Shown: one piece after another, positions 47,971 through 57,027 of the stretch | How the letters are laid out: each line of letters opens with the position of its first letter | Numbering within the stretch: position 1 is the stretch's first letter | Assembly: GCA_964652315.1 (NCBI GenBank) | Contig: CAZZBU010000006.1 | Span: 1 to 63,445 of the forward strand | DNA length: 63,445 bases | DNA from: an uncultured Bacteroidales bacterium | Lineage (GTDB): Bacteria; Bacteroidota; Bacteroidia; Bacteroidales; JAAAOM01 | Reading direction: 5' to 3' | The notes under the pieces: model-generated | What the model saw: the letters and a program-made list of their open reading frames with translations, nothing else | What the model was told of the DNA's origin: nothing | Databases searched by the model: none | Program-made: the position numbers and the translations under genes

Positions 47971-49848
47971 TCACTCCACTTTAAGGTGGCTGGATATTAT
48001 CCGGAACAATTTAGAACTGTTAAGTGGTTTGGTAACCAGAGCGTCACAGCCAGCAGTTTTTGCTTTTCGCACATCACCCGGATCAGAATAGGCCGTTTGT
48101 ATGATTACCGGCGTATCTGGATTGTATTGTTTGATTTCCTGGCAGGTTTCAAATCCATTCATTTTTGGCATTTGTAAATCAAGTAGCACGAGATCAACAG
48201 GGTTAGATACAATGGTTTTGATGGCCTGTTCGCCATTGTGTGCGCTGATGAAATTCGCTCCGGTTTCCTCAAAAATTTCTTTCATATAGGTATGGATATC
48301 ATCGTTATCATCCACAATCAGAATGGATTGATTCCTCCATGCCTCCTTAAGCTGTAGATTCTTTTTCGCTCCGGGGTTTCCGGCTTGGTTTTTATGAGGA
48401 AGGGTAAAATAGAAATTTGCCCCGCTATTTATCTTTGATTCTACCCAGATATTGCCGCCAAGCAATTCAATAAAGGATTTTGCTATGGCAAGGCCCAGTC
48501 CTGTACCGCCGTATTCGCGGGTTTCAGCTTCCTCAGCTTGTCTAAAACGCTCAAAAATGGCATGTTTGTATTTTTCGTCTATCCCTATTCCGGTGTCCTT
48601 TACAAAAAATTTCAGGTGTTTTTTTTCTGTTTCGTAACCAAATACCACGCTGCCTGCTTCGGTAAATTTTATGGCATTGTCAAGCAGGGAGGTATAAATT
48701 CTTTTTAATAAACCCTCATCTGTTTTAATAAATGCCTCGCTATGTTTAAGGTGTTTTTCGCCTTTTATTTCCAGTTGCTTGGGATTTTTAACCGGGTCTC
48801 TGTAAATCCTTATTAAATCATCAATCATTTCATTTAAGTTGAATAGCCGGGGATGTGGTTTAATCTGATTCGATTCAATTTTGCTCATATCCAGAATATC
48901 TTCAATCACTCCCAGAAGCTGTTTGTAGAGATATACTGTATCGGCTTTGATATGTGAAGCAATAAATTGGAGTATCTCCAGGAATTCAGTTTTTAAGGAT
49001 TCTGGTTTGGCTGCAATTAAATCCTTTGACTTCTTTGAAATAAATTCAATGAACTGTTGCCTTTTTTTTAGTCTTTTTTCCTGGGTGACAAATGGGCTGA
49101 TGTCGCGTACAACTGCAAAATTCAGGTTTTCATATTCCTCCGGCAGTTGATTATGGGTAATCAGAAGCGTTTTCCCGGTGGGTTTGTGCCTGATAACCTG
49201 TTCATCACCGGTTTTACTAAACAGGGATTCATTTTTTGTGGTATCAAAAATTTTTTCATAACAATAAGAACCCGTAATATCTTCGTTGATGAGGTTTTTC
49301 AGGTTGTTATTACAATACGTGATTATGCCTTTCTCGTTGCAAAAAAAAATCCCTTCTGAAAAGTTTTCAAACAACAGATGTATTTTATGTTTATGAACCA
49401 CATCCGGTTCCACATTAAACATATGGCCGCTGGTATCCTTACCGGCCCATGTTTTTACCAAAAATGCTTCCTGCTCATTGTCATAGACCCGGTGACTTTT
49501 TAATAACAGCTTAATTTTTTCGCCCTGCATATTGATCAGTTCAACCTGACAGCTCTGCTCTTCATCGGAGGAAAGGGCCTGATTGATGTGATGGTGAAAT
49601 TTGATCTTATATTCATTGTTGATGAATGATGAGAGGGTGCTGTTTATCAGTGTTTCCTCCGGAGTATGTAAAAGCCGTTGAGCCTGATGACTGGCTTTCA
49701 GGATTTGTGTCCGTCCGTTTAACAGAAATAAGGTACATGAGGTTTCTTTTTTCGTAGGCTGCCGGCTGGCACTTAAATATTCCTGACCCTTCTTCTTTGT
49801 TTGAGCCTTTTCTTTCTGCAGCCTGTTATTTTTTTGTGTTCCAGTCAT
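47971..49848 (-). CDS. PAS-containing hybrid histidine kinase-like protein lacking the phospho-His box (probable in-frame deletion)
   Basis: PAS, start of a GAF, then directly KQLLGVIEDILDMSKIES; intact N/G1/F/G2 boxes and C-terminal REC; no SHE.RTP motif. Confidence 0.75.
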   Translation of the reverse strand: MTGTQKNNRLQKEKAQTKKKGQEYLSASRQPTKKETSCTLFLLNGRTQILKASHQAQRLLHTPEETLINSTLSSFINNEYKIKFHHHINQALSSDEEQSCQVELINMQGEKIKLLLKSHRVYDNEQEAFLVKTWAGKDTSGHMFNVEPDVVHKHKIHLLFENFSEGIFFCNEKGIITYCNNNLKNLINEDITGSYCYEKIFDTTKNESLFSKTGDEQVIRHKPTGKTLLITHNQLPEEYENLNFAVVRDISPFVTQEKRLKKRQQFIEFISKKSKDLIAAKPESLKTEFLEILQFIASHIKADTVYLYKQLLGVIEDILDMSKIESNQIKPHPRLFNLNEMIDDLIRIYRDPVKNPKQLEIKGEKHLKHSEAFIKTDEGLLKRIYTSLLDNAIKFTEAGSVVFGYETEKKHLKFFVKDTGIGIDEKYKHAIFERFRQAEEAETREYGGTGLGLAIAKSFIELLGGNIWVESKINSGANFYFTLPHKNQAGNPGAKKNLQLKEAWRNQSILIVDDNDDIHTYMKEIFEETGANFISAHNGEQAIKTIVSNPVDLVLLDLQMPKMNGFETCQEIKQYNPDTPVIIQTAYSDPGDVRKAKTAGCDALVTKPLNSSKLFRIISSHLKVE

Positions 49849-50109
49849 AGCAATATGTATGTTAGAACGAAAATTTACCAGTAAACACTGGTAATTAATT
49901 ACTCAATTTAATGATTTTTTTTGAGAAATAAAAATAATTGGTTGCTAATAAACGGCTTGAATAACCTTTTTTCAATTTTATCGTAACAACGGGTATATCA
50001 ATTATTAACAATAACCCTTAACGAATGTATTTTTGGTCAAAGAAAACTCACAATTTATCAACCCCTGGAATAATTCATGCCAGAATAATTTTTACTTGTC
50101 ATACATTAT

Positions 50110-50123
50110 TTGATTTTTATCAA
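50110..50123. promoter_or_regulatory. FNR-type box
   Basis: Exact TTGAT-TTTT-ATCAA, about 90 nt upstream of the second SiaC-like gene. Confidence 0.5.
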
Positions 50124-50211
50124 TCAAAGCAATCAAAATAATCTGTACTTCGTATTTAACGGTAGAGAAAAAAATATTATTTGTTAAACCTAATAAACCT
50201 TAAAGAAAAAA

Positions 50212-50586
50212 ATGGAAAATTTATTTATCGACGGTGATGACAGCTTTCCAACGGTATCATTTGATTTAGACGGTCGTTGTAAAATAGAAGGCCGTTTAAT
50301 TCCCGAGGACGTAGCCAAAGCGTTTGCCCCTTTATTGGTCTGGGCTGAAATGACCACTACAAAAAGCCTGACACTGGACATTAACCTTTATTATTTTAAT
50401 ACTGCGGCTTCCAAACGGTTATATGATTTGTTTACAGCCTTTGAGGCAAATGAAAGTATCAAAAACATTGCTATCCGCTGGCATTTCGAAGAAGGTGATG
50501 ATGAAATGATGGAAGCAGGAGAAATGTACGAAGACATGCTGGACCGTACCATTTTTGAATATATCGAATACGCCGAAGTGGTATAG
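50212..50586 (+). CDS. SiaC-family (DUF1987) regulatory phosphoprotein, second copy
   Basis: FPTVSF, IEGRLIPED, YYFNTAASK, WHFEEGDDEMMEAG. Confidence 0.85.
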   Translation: MENLFIDGDDSFPTVSFDLDGRCKIEGRLIPEDVAKAFAPLLVWAEMTTTKSLTLDINLYYFNTAASKRLYDLFTAFEANESIKNIAIRWHFEEGDDEMMEAGEMYEDMLDRTIFEYIEYAEVV

Positions 50587-50653
50587 TTGCAGCTAACTCC
50601 TAATGTATTTTTTGGTGAGTGCTGCCTGTTTTCAGAGAACCGGGCAGGCATTC

Positions 50654-50685
50654 AAAAAAAATACCCCGATAAATCTACCGGGGTA
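50654..50685 (-). terminator. Intrinsic terminator after the glycosyl hydrolase gene
   Basis: TACCCCG...CGGGGTA stem followed by T8 on the minus strand. Confidence 0.7.
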
Positions 50686-50731
50686 CTTCACGAAAATCTT
50701 TCGCATGCTGCGTATTACAACGCATACAAGC

Positions 50732-53700
50732 TTATAATGCAGGTTTGCGTCCTGGAGTCCAGGGAGCATGAAGACCGTCAAGCGATTCTTCAATTTCAGG
50801 TATTTTTTCTTCTGCAATTGATTGTATCCGTTCTAATAAAGGTGGAAACTCGTCCTGCAAAATATTGAAATTATCCCTTTCTGTTTGGGTTGGAGGTGCT
50901 GTTGACGACCACTGCCTGCGCATCAGGTAGCTAAGCCTTGAAGCAATTGACACAGGCTCAGGGGAAACCTCTTCAGCACTAGCCCTGGCCGGGGTTCCAT
51001 ATAATTCCAACTGAATATCATTTATTTGTTTCTGCAAATCATAAATGGCATGTACCAGAGCATTGGATTCAGCGTTCACTTGAAGTGCAGAGGCCTCCAA
51101 AAGTTTCAGTTTTTTCTCAAGGTTTTCAACATACTCATAAGTGCCATAAATGGTATTGCCTAATTTGGCTATCTCTTTCTGAAATGCAACCAATTCAGCA
51201 GGATTTTCATTTTGAAGTGCATTTAATTTCAATACACTGGCTTCGAATTCTGTTGGGCCTACCAGGGGTATTATGTTACGCTGATGAATTATTTCTAATT
51301 TCACTGAATACTTACCAGGCATGGCCATAAAACCGCTACGGTTATTACCAGAACCGTTTTCAACTTTGGTAATGGGCCTGAATGAAGAATACCTTAAATC
51401 CCAGTTCATTCTGTTGATGCCCTTTCTGGGTGGAGTTTTAATCCTCCGTATCACATTGCCCTCTTCATCATATACCGTGAATAAAAGCATGGGTTTTTCT
51501 TCGAACTCTTCACTCCTAAGCGCTTCTTTTGTTGGTTGTGGGATCCGCTCATTTTTCTCAATCAGATCTTCTTCAGACAACCATCTTTCCTGTCGCTGTG
51601 TTTTTGGTACCTCTTTCAGATAATATGTGAAAACAGCTCCGTACTGGGGATTATCTGCTTTAAAGAATGTGGTACCCTGTCCGTATTTTCCTCTGCGAAG
51701 CATGTACATCTTTGCTTCTTCTACCGGGAAAATATGTGCTTCTTTTTCCAGGACTTCATTGGTGAGGTTGCGTAAGGCTGAATAATCATCAAGGATATAA
51801 AATCCACGGCCAAATGTAGCCAGTACTAAATCATTCTCTCTTTCCTGAATTTCAATATCACGCACAGAGATGGTGGGTAATCCGCTTCCCAGTTTTGTCC
51901 ATGATTTACCGCCATTAATGGTAAAATAAACACCAAATTCAGTACCTGCAAACAGTAAATCGGGATGAACATGATCCTGCTGGATGGAATGTACTGTCTC
52001 GTTTTCAGGGAGGTTACCTGCGATGGATTCCCATGATTTTCCTTTATCAGTACTTTTTAAAAGATAGGGAGAAAAATCATCCCGCTTGCGGTTATCAAAA
52101 GCTGCAAAAATAGTTTCGGCATCATGTTTTGAGGTACGTAAATCGCTTACATAGGTATGTTCCGGCACACCGGGGAATTTAGCTATTTTTCTCCAGGTTG
52201 CTGCATCTTCTGTTACCTGAATTACACCGTCATCGGTACCAATATACAGCAGGTTCTCCTGCAGGGGAGATTCATCAATAGAAACAATAGTTCCGTACAG
52301 CGAGGTGGAAACGTCTTTCACCACAGCATCAGTACTCCAATAGCGCCCCATTACCGGCCATGTATTTCTGTCAATTCCGGCAGTCAGGTCATCGCTGATG
52401 CGGGTCCAGGAATCGCCCCGGTCATCACTTCTGAATACTTTATTTGCAGCGATGTAAAGCCTTTTTGAATTATGGGGACTGAGAATGAATGGTGTATTCC
52501 AATTCCAACGGAAGGTGTTTTCTCCTTTAGCAGGCATGGGTTTTATATACTGCTGTTCGCCTGTTACCTTATCAATCCGGTAGATATTACCATACTGATA
52601 TTCGGAATAAAGAATGTTTGGATTATCCGGATCAATTCCAGGCCAGAATCCATCACCACCCAGCGTGGCAAACCAGTCTTCTGAGGTTATCCCGTCACTG
52701 CTCAGTGTCTGGGAAGGTCCACCCAGGGTATTGTTATCCTGTGTGCCACCATATACATTATAGAAAGGGTAATCGTTATCTACCGCTACCCGGTAAAACT
52801 GGGTAACTGGCAGGTTGGTCTTAAAATGAAAGGTATTACCACCGTCCCAGGTTTCATAGATGCCACCATCACCTCCAATAAGGAAGTGTCTGGTATCTTC
52901 CGGATCAATCCAAAGCGCATGATCATCCACATGCCTGTTTTCCAAACTAATTCTCCGGAATGTTTTTCCTCCATCTTCAGTTACATGGGTGTATGTTTCT
53001 ACAGAATATACTTTATCAACATCCTTTGGGTCACAAAAGATTTCATTGTAATACTGTCCACTGCTGTGATGGTCGCTCATCCGGCTCCATGATTCGCCCC
53101 GGTCGGTGGAACGGAAAAATCCACTTTGATTTTTTCCGCTTTCATCAACCTGAGCTTCAATGATGGCATATATTACATCCGGATTTACCGGAGAAACGGC
53201 AATACCAATACCTCCCATATCAACCTGTGGTAATCCTGATTTAAGTTCTTTCCAGGTTTGTCCTCCGTCGGTGGATTTGTGGATGCCCGATTCCGGTCCT
53301 CCGCCAATTTTGGTGTGCACATGGCGACGGCGCTGTTCTGAAGTAGCATAGATGATGTTTGGATATCTGGGATCGAGAATCACATTGTTGATTCCGGTAT
53401 TTTCGCTGATTTCAAGTACCAGGTCCCAGGTTTCACCTCCATTGGTGGTTTTATATAATCCCCGTTGTCCGCCCGGGCCCCAGGCAGATCCCTCGGCTGC
53501 AATGTAAACCACGTCGGTGCTGTCGGGATGAATGGCAATCATACCGATGTGGCGGGAATCTTTCAACCCCATATTTTTCCATGATTTGCCACCGTCCACA
53601 GTTTTGTAGACTCCATCGCCATACCCCAGGGCTCGCTGATGGTTGTTTTCACCGGTACCAGCCCATACTACATTTGGGTTTTTAGGGTCCATGGCCAGGC

Positions 53701-54007
53701 AACCTATGGCATAAGCACCATAGTTGTCAAAAACCGGTTTGTAAGTAGTCCCTGCATTGGAAGTTTTCCAAATATTACCACTGCCCACAGCTACATAATA
53801 TTCGTTATGGTTCTGTGGATTAACGGCAAAATCTGATATCCGCCCCGAAGTCATCGCCGGACCAATGCCACGAAATGAAAGCCCTGAAACTACACTGGCC
53901 GGAATGCTGTCGTGCCCTGTAATATTGCTTTTTTCCTGGGCTGATGTTTTGTTGATTGTGAATAGAAATGCGAATACATTTAAAAAGAGTATGAATTTAT
54001 TCATCAT
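50732..54007 (-). CDS. Secreted VPS10/BNR-repeat beta-propeller glycosyl-hydrolase-like protein
   Basis: Signal peptide, RGIGPAMTSGRI, many SxDxGxTW Asp-box repeats, TFGRGFYILDD. Confidence 0.82.
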   Translation of the reverse strand: MMNKFILFLNVFAFLFTINKTSAQEKSNITGHDSIPASVVSGLSFRGIGPAMTSGRISDFAVNPQNHNEYYVAVGSGNIWKTSNAGTTYKPVFDNYGAYAIGCLAMDPKNPNVVWAGTGENNHQRALGYGDGVYKTVDGGKSWKNMGLKDSRHIGMIAIHPDSTDVVYIAAEGSAWGPGGQRGLYKTTNGGETWDLVLEISENTGINNVILDPRYPNIIYATSEQRRRHVHTKIGGGPESGIHKSTDGGQTWKELKSGLPQVDMGGIGIAVSPVNPDVIYAIIEAQVDESGKNQSGFFRSTDRGESWSRMSDHHSSGQYYNEIFCDPKDVDKVYSVETYTHVTEDGGKTFRRISLENRHVDDHALWIDPEDTRHFLIGGDGGIYETWDGGNTFHFKTNLPVTQFYRVAVDNDYPFYNVYGGTQDNNTLGGPSQTLSSDGITSEDWFATLGGDGFWPGIDPDNPNILYSEYQYGNIYRIDKVTGEQQYIKPMPAKGENTFRWNWNTPFILSPHNSKRLYIAANKVFRSDDRGDSWTRISDDLTAGIDRNTWPVMGRYWSTDAVVKDVSTSLYGTIVSIDESPLQENLLYIGTDDGVIQVTEDAATWRKIAKFPGVPEHTYVSDLRTSKHDAETIFAAFDNRKRDDFSPYLLKSTDKGKSWESIAGNLPENETVHSIQQDHVHPDLLFAGTEFGVYFTINGGKSWTKLGSGLPTISVRDIEIQERENDLVLATFGRGFYILDDYSALRNLTNEVLEKEAHIFPVEEAKMYMLRRGKYGQGTTFFKADNPQYGAVFTYYLKEVPKTQRQERWLSEEDLIEKNERIPQPTKEALRSEEFEEKPMLLFTVYDEEGNVIRRIKTPPRKGINRMNWDLRYSSFRPITKVENGSGNNRSGFMAMPGKYSVKLEIIHQRNIIPLVGPTEFEASVLKLNALQNENPAELVAFQKEIAKLGNTIYGTYEYVENLEKKLKLLEASALQVNAESNALVHAIYDLQKQINDIQLELYGTPARASAEEVSPEPVSIASRLSYLMRRQWSSTAPPTQTERDNFNILQDEFPPLLERIQSIAEEKIPEIEESLDGLHAPWTPGRKPAL

Positions 54008-54259
54008 AATTAGATAAAAGTTATGAATGTTAGACTAAATCCTGCAAATTAAAAGAAATTTCCCAGAAATGAAATGACCAATTTACATCACTGTCTTACA
54101 ATCACTGAAAATCAATATTTTACATAATGATTAAATGCATCGGTAAATATCTTGGTTCACTTCATGGAACCAGTAAGCCTGGTTCCTGTAATTTTTACGA
54201 GATTGATGAAAGCATGCTCACAGACTACTCAACCGGAAAGCGGAATATTTTTTTTGTAT

Positions 54260-55972
54260 TTAATCTTCTTTTATATCACGAATGTTAAGCTGTAGGGTAG
54301 TGTTTCCCATGTATTCATTTTCCACAATGGAATAGGCAATATCGAAGGGAACGCCTTGTTTGAGCATAGGATAATGGTGCGCCTGGTTAAAAGCAATCGC
54401 CGGAAAAGGATTAAACGGATCAGCCTCTTGTATGAGGTTAAGCTTCAGATGTTCCCGGGTATTTCCTACAATACGCCCATCACCGTTATCAACCACATCC
54501 TCTGTGAAAAATACCGGAGTCATATTTTGTGGTCCAAAAGGCTCAAATTGTTGCAGAATGCGGTAAAATTTAGGTGTAATCTCATGCAGCTCGAGTGAAC
54601 CGTCAATCTCAATGCGTGGGATTAACTGTTCGGTTGTAATGCGCTCACTTACGATTGTTTCAAACCGGTCGCGGAATTTTTGTACGTTCTCAATTTTAAT
54701 AGTCATGCCTGCGGCATACATATGCCCACCAAAGCTTTCCAGCAGGTCTTCGCATTCGCTGATGGCAGAGTAAAGGTCGAAACCGTCCACCGAGCGGGCC
54801 GAACCTGTAGCAAATCCGTTTGATTCAGTAAGGATGATGGTAGGGCGATAGTATTGTTCAATAATCCGTGATGCCACAATGCCTACCACCCCTTTGTGCC
54901 ATGATGGATTAAACAGTACCGTAGACCGGCGATTCCGCATTACAGGGTCTGAGGCAATAGACTCCAGTGCCTGTTCGGTAATGGTATGGTCAATGTTTCG
55001 TCGCTGTTTGTTAAAGGCATTAATTTTTTCTCCACGCTCATGAGCCAGGGAATAATCATCGGTAATGAGTAATTCAACTGCTTTTCGTCCGGATTCCATC
55101 CTTCCGGCAGCATTAATGCGGGGTCCTATTTTGAAGACAATATCATCAATTTTAATGTCCTTATGAATGCCTGCAATTTCAATGATGGTTTTAAGGCCCA
55201 GGCGTGGCGAGTGGTTCAGTACTTTTAAACCATAATATGCCATTACCCTGTTTTCGCCAATGATGGGAACGATATCAGAGGCAATACTGACCACTACCAG
55301 GTCAAGCAAGGGAAGCAGATGTTCAAAAGAATCGGTGTTTTTTTGTGCCATGGCCTGAATTAGCTTAAACCCCACCCCGCAGCCCGAAAGCTCCTTAAAA
55401 GGATATGGACAATCGGATTGTTTGGGGTCCAGCACTGCCAGGGCATCCGGAATGAACTCACCTGGTGTGTGATGGTCGCAAATAATAAAATCAATGTTAC
55501 GCTGATTGGCATACTTAACCTTTTCAATGGCTTTAATGCCGCAATCCAGGGCAATGATAAGACTAACATCGTTTTTGTTGGCATAGTCAATGCTTTTATA
55601 CGAAATACCATATCCCTCACTATAGCGATCCGGGATATAATAATCCAGATTTTCATAGCGTGCATGAAGGTAGGAATACATCAATGCCACCGAGGTAGTA
55701 CCATCCACATCATAATCACCATAGATCATGATTTTTTCCTTGTTGCGCATGGCTTTTTCAATACGGGTTACTGCTTTCTCCATATCCTTCATCAGGAAGG
55801 GGTCATGCAATTGGTCAAGGGTAGGACGGAAAAATGCTTTGGCTTCATCAAAGGAATGAACATCCCGTTGAACCAGCAGATTTGCAAGTGAGGGTGTAAT
55901 GCCCAGGTCTGCCGAAAGCTTCCGGATATCGGATTCATTACCACGAGCCTTGATTTTCCAAAGTTTCTCCAT
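54260..55972 (-). CDS. recJ: ssDNA exonuclease RecJ
   Basis: YGDYDVDGTTS, PDRYSEGYG, CDHH, GPRINAAGR, GSARS, GGHMYAAG. Confidence 0.96.
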   Translation of the reverse strand: MEKLWKIKARGNESDIRKLSADLGITPSLANLLVQRDVHSFDEAKAFFRPTLDQLHDPFLMKDMEKAVTRIEKAMRNKEKIMIYGDYDVDGTTSVALMYSYLHARYENLDYYIPDRYSEGYGISYKSIDYANKNDVSLIIALDCGIKAIEKVKYANQRNIDFIICDHHTPGEFIPDALAVLDPKQSDCPYPFKELSGCGVGFKLIQAMAQKNTDSFEHLLPLLDLVVVSIASDIVPIIGENRVMAYYGLKVLNHSPRLGLKTIIEIAGIHKDIKIDDIVFKIGPRINAAGRMESGRKAVELLITDDYSLAHERGEKINAFNKQRRNIDHTITEQALESIASDPVMRNRRSTVLFNPSWHKGVVGIVASRIIEQYYRPTIILTESNGFATGSARSVDGFDLYSAISECEDLLESFGGHMYAAGMTIKIENVQKFRDRFETIVSERITTEQLIPRIEIDGSLELHEITPKFYRILQQFEPFGPQNMTPVFFTEDVVDNGDGRIVGNTREHLKLNLIQEADPFNPFPAIAFNQAHHYPMLKQGVPFDIAYSIVENEYMGNTTLQLNIRDIKED

Positions 55973-56102
55973 GTATGTTTTTCTCCCGGTCAGATTAAAG
56001 TAAGGAATGAGGTAAGAAAATTATTAATTTTTCCGCTGAATTTTCAGGTTTCTTGCGGTTAATTTTCAATTAATTTTTGAGTTTCTGCTAACAGGCTTAT
56101 GG

Positions 56103-56810
56103 CTAAGCGTTAGCAAGGGCATTTAATTTTGACTGGATTGAATGGAATAAAAAATCCTTAATTTTTTGCATATCCGGCTTTTCACCAATCTCTTTTTCAA
56201 TGCTGGTAACTCCTTTGTCAATGAAGCCACAAGGATTTATATGCCGAAAGTATTCCAGGTCTGTAGAAACATTTAACGCAAAACCGTGCATGGAAACATA
56301 GCGTGATATTCTCACTCCAATGGCGCATATTTTACGGGCACGGCCAGGCGTTTGTGCATCAAGCCACACACCTGTTGCCCCATCCATATGCGAGGCTTTG
56401 ATTTCAAAGAAAGCAGCTAACAATTCTATGATGGCATCTTCCAGCAGGTGAATGTAGTTTTTCACGGAAAGCCCATAATGTTCCAAATCGATGATTGGAT
56501 AACCCACCAACTGGCCGGGACCATGGTAAGTAATATCCCCTCCACGGTTTATCTTATAAAAGGTAGCTCCAATGGAACGAAGGTAGTTTTCCTGAATCAA
56601 CAGGTTGTGTGCATCACCGCTCTTGCCAAGGGTATATACATGCGGATGTTCAACAAAAAGCACATAATCTTCAGTGGGTTTCTGCATGGCAGGATCCAAT
56701 TTTTGATTAACCAGTTTTTGTTTTACAATGGCACCATGCAATTCTTCCTGATAATCCCATGTTTCCTTGTAATCTTTTACACCAAGATCACGATATTGTA
56801 TTGAATACAT
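56103..56810 (-). CDS. lipB: Lipoyl(octanoyl) transferase
   Basis: EHPHVYTLG, RGGDITYHGPGQLVGYPI, KICAIG, HGFALN, PCG. Confidence 0.95.
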   Translation of the reverse strand: MYSIQYRDLGVKDYKETWDYQEELHGAIVKQKLVNQKLDPAMQKPTEDYVLFVEHPHVYTLGKSGDAHNLLIQENYLRSIGATFYKINRGGDITYHGPGQLVGYPIIDLEHYGLSVKNYIHLLEDAIIELLAAFFEIKASHMDGATGVWLDAQTPGRARKICAIGVRISRYVSMHGFALNVSTDLEYFRHINPCGFIDKGVTSIEKEIGEKPDMQKIKDFLFHSIQSKLNALANA

Positions 56811-57027
56811 TTGCGAATTTTTTGCTACGCGAAAGTATAAAAAAACATTGAAGTAAATTCAGGTCGTAATCATGTTATTTTATCCCATGTGAATGCCATG
56901 CGCTATATTTTAATTTTTAATCGTTATATTTCGGGTTTTTTACCAGGTAAGGCCTTAAAGAGACTATATCAATACCAGAACGGATCATTCCGGCTATAAA
57001 TAAGTAAACGATTATTTTATAAATATT

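Noticed and set aside
50066-50086. TGGCATG on the minus strand in the kinase/SiaC gap
   Set aside because: No TTG at the -12 position.
50587-50868. 93-aa ORF after the SiaC-like gene
   Set aside because: Runs through terminator hairpins and antisense into the hydrolase 3' end; likely spurious.
54153-54186. Alternating TGGTTC/GAACCA hairpins after recJ
   Set aside because: Short stems, no U-tract; weak evidence of function.
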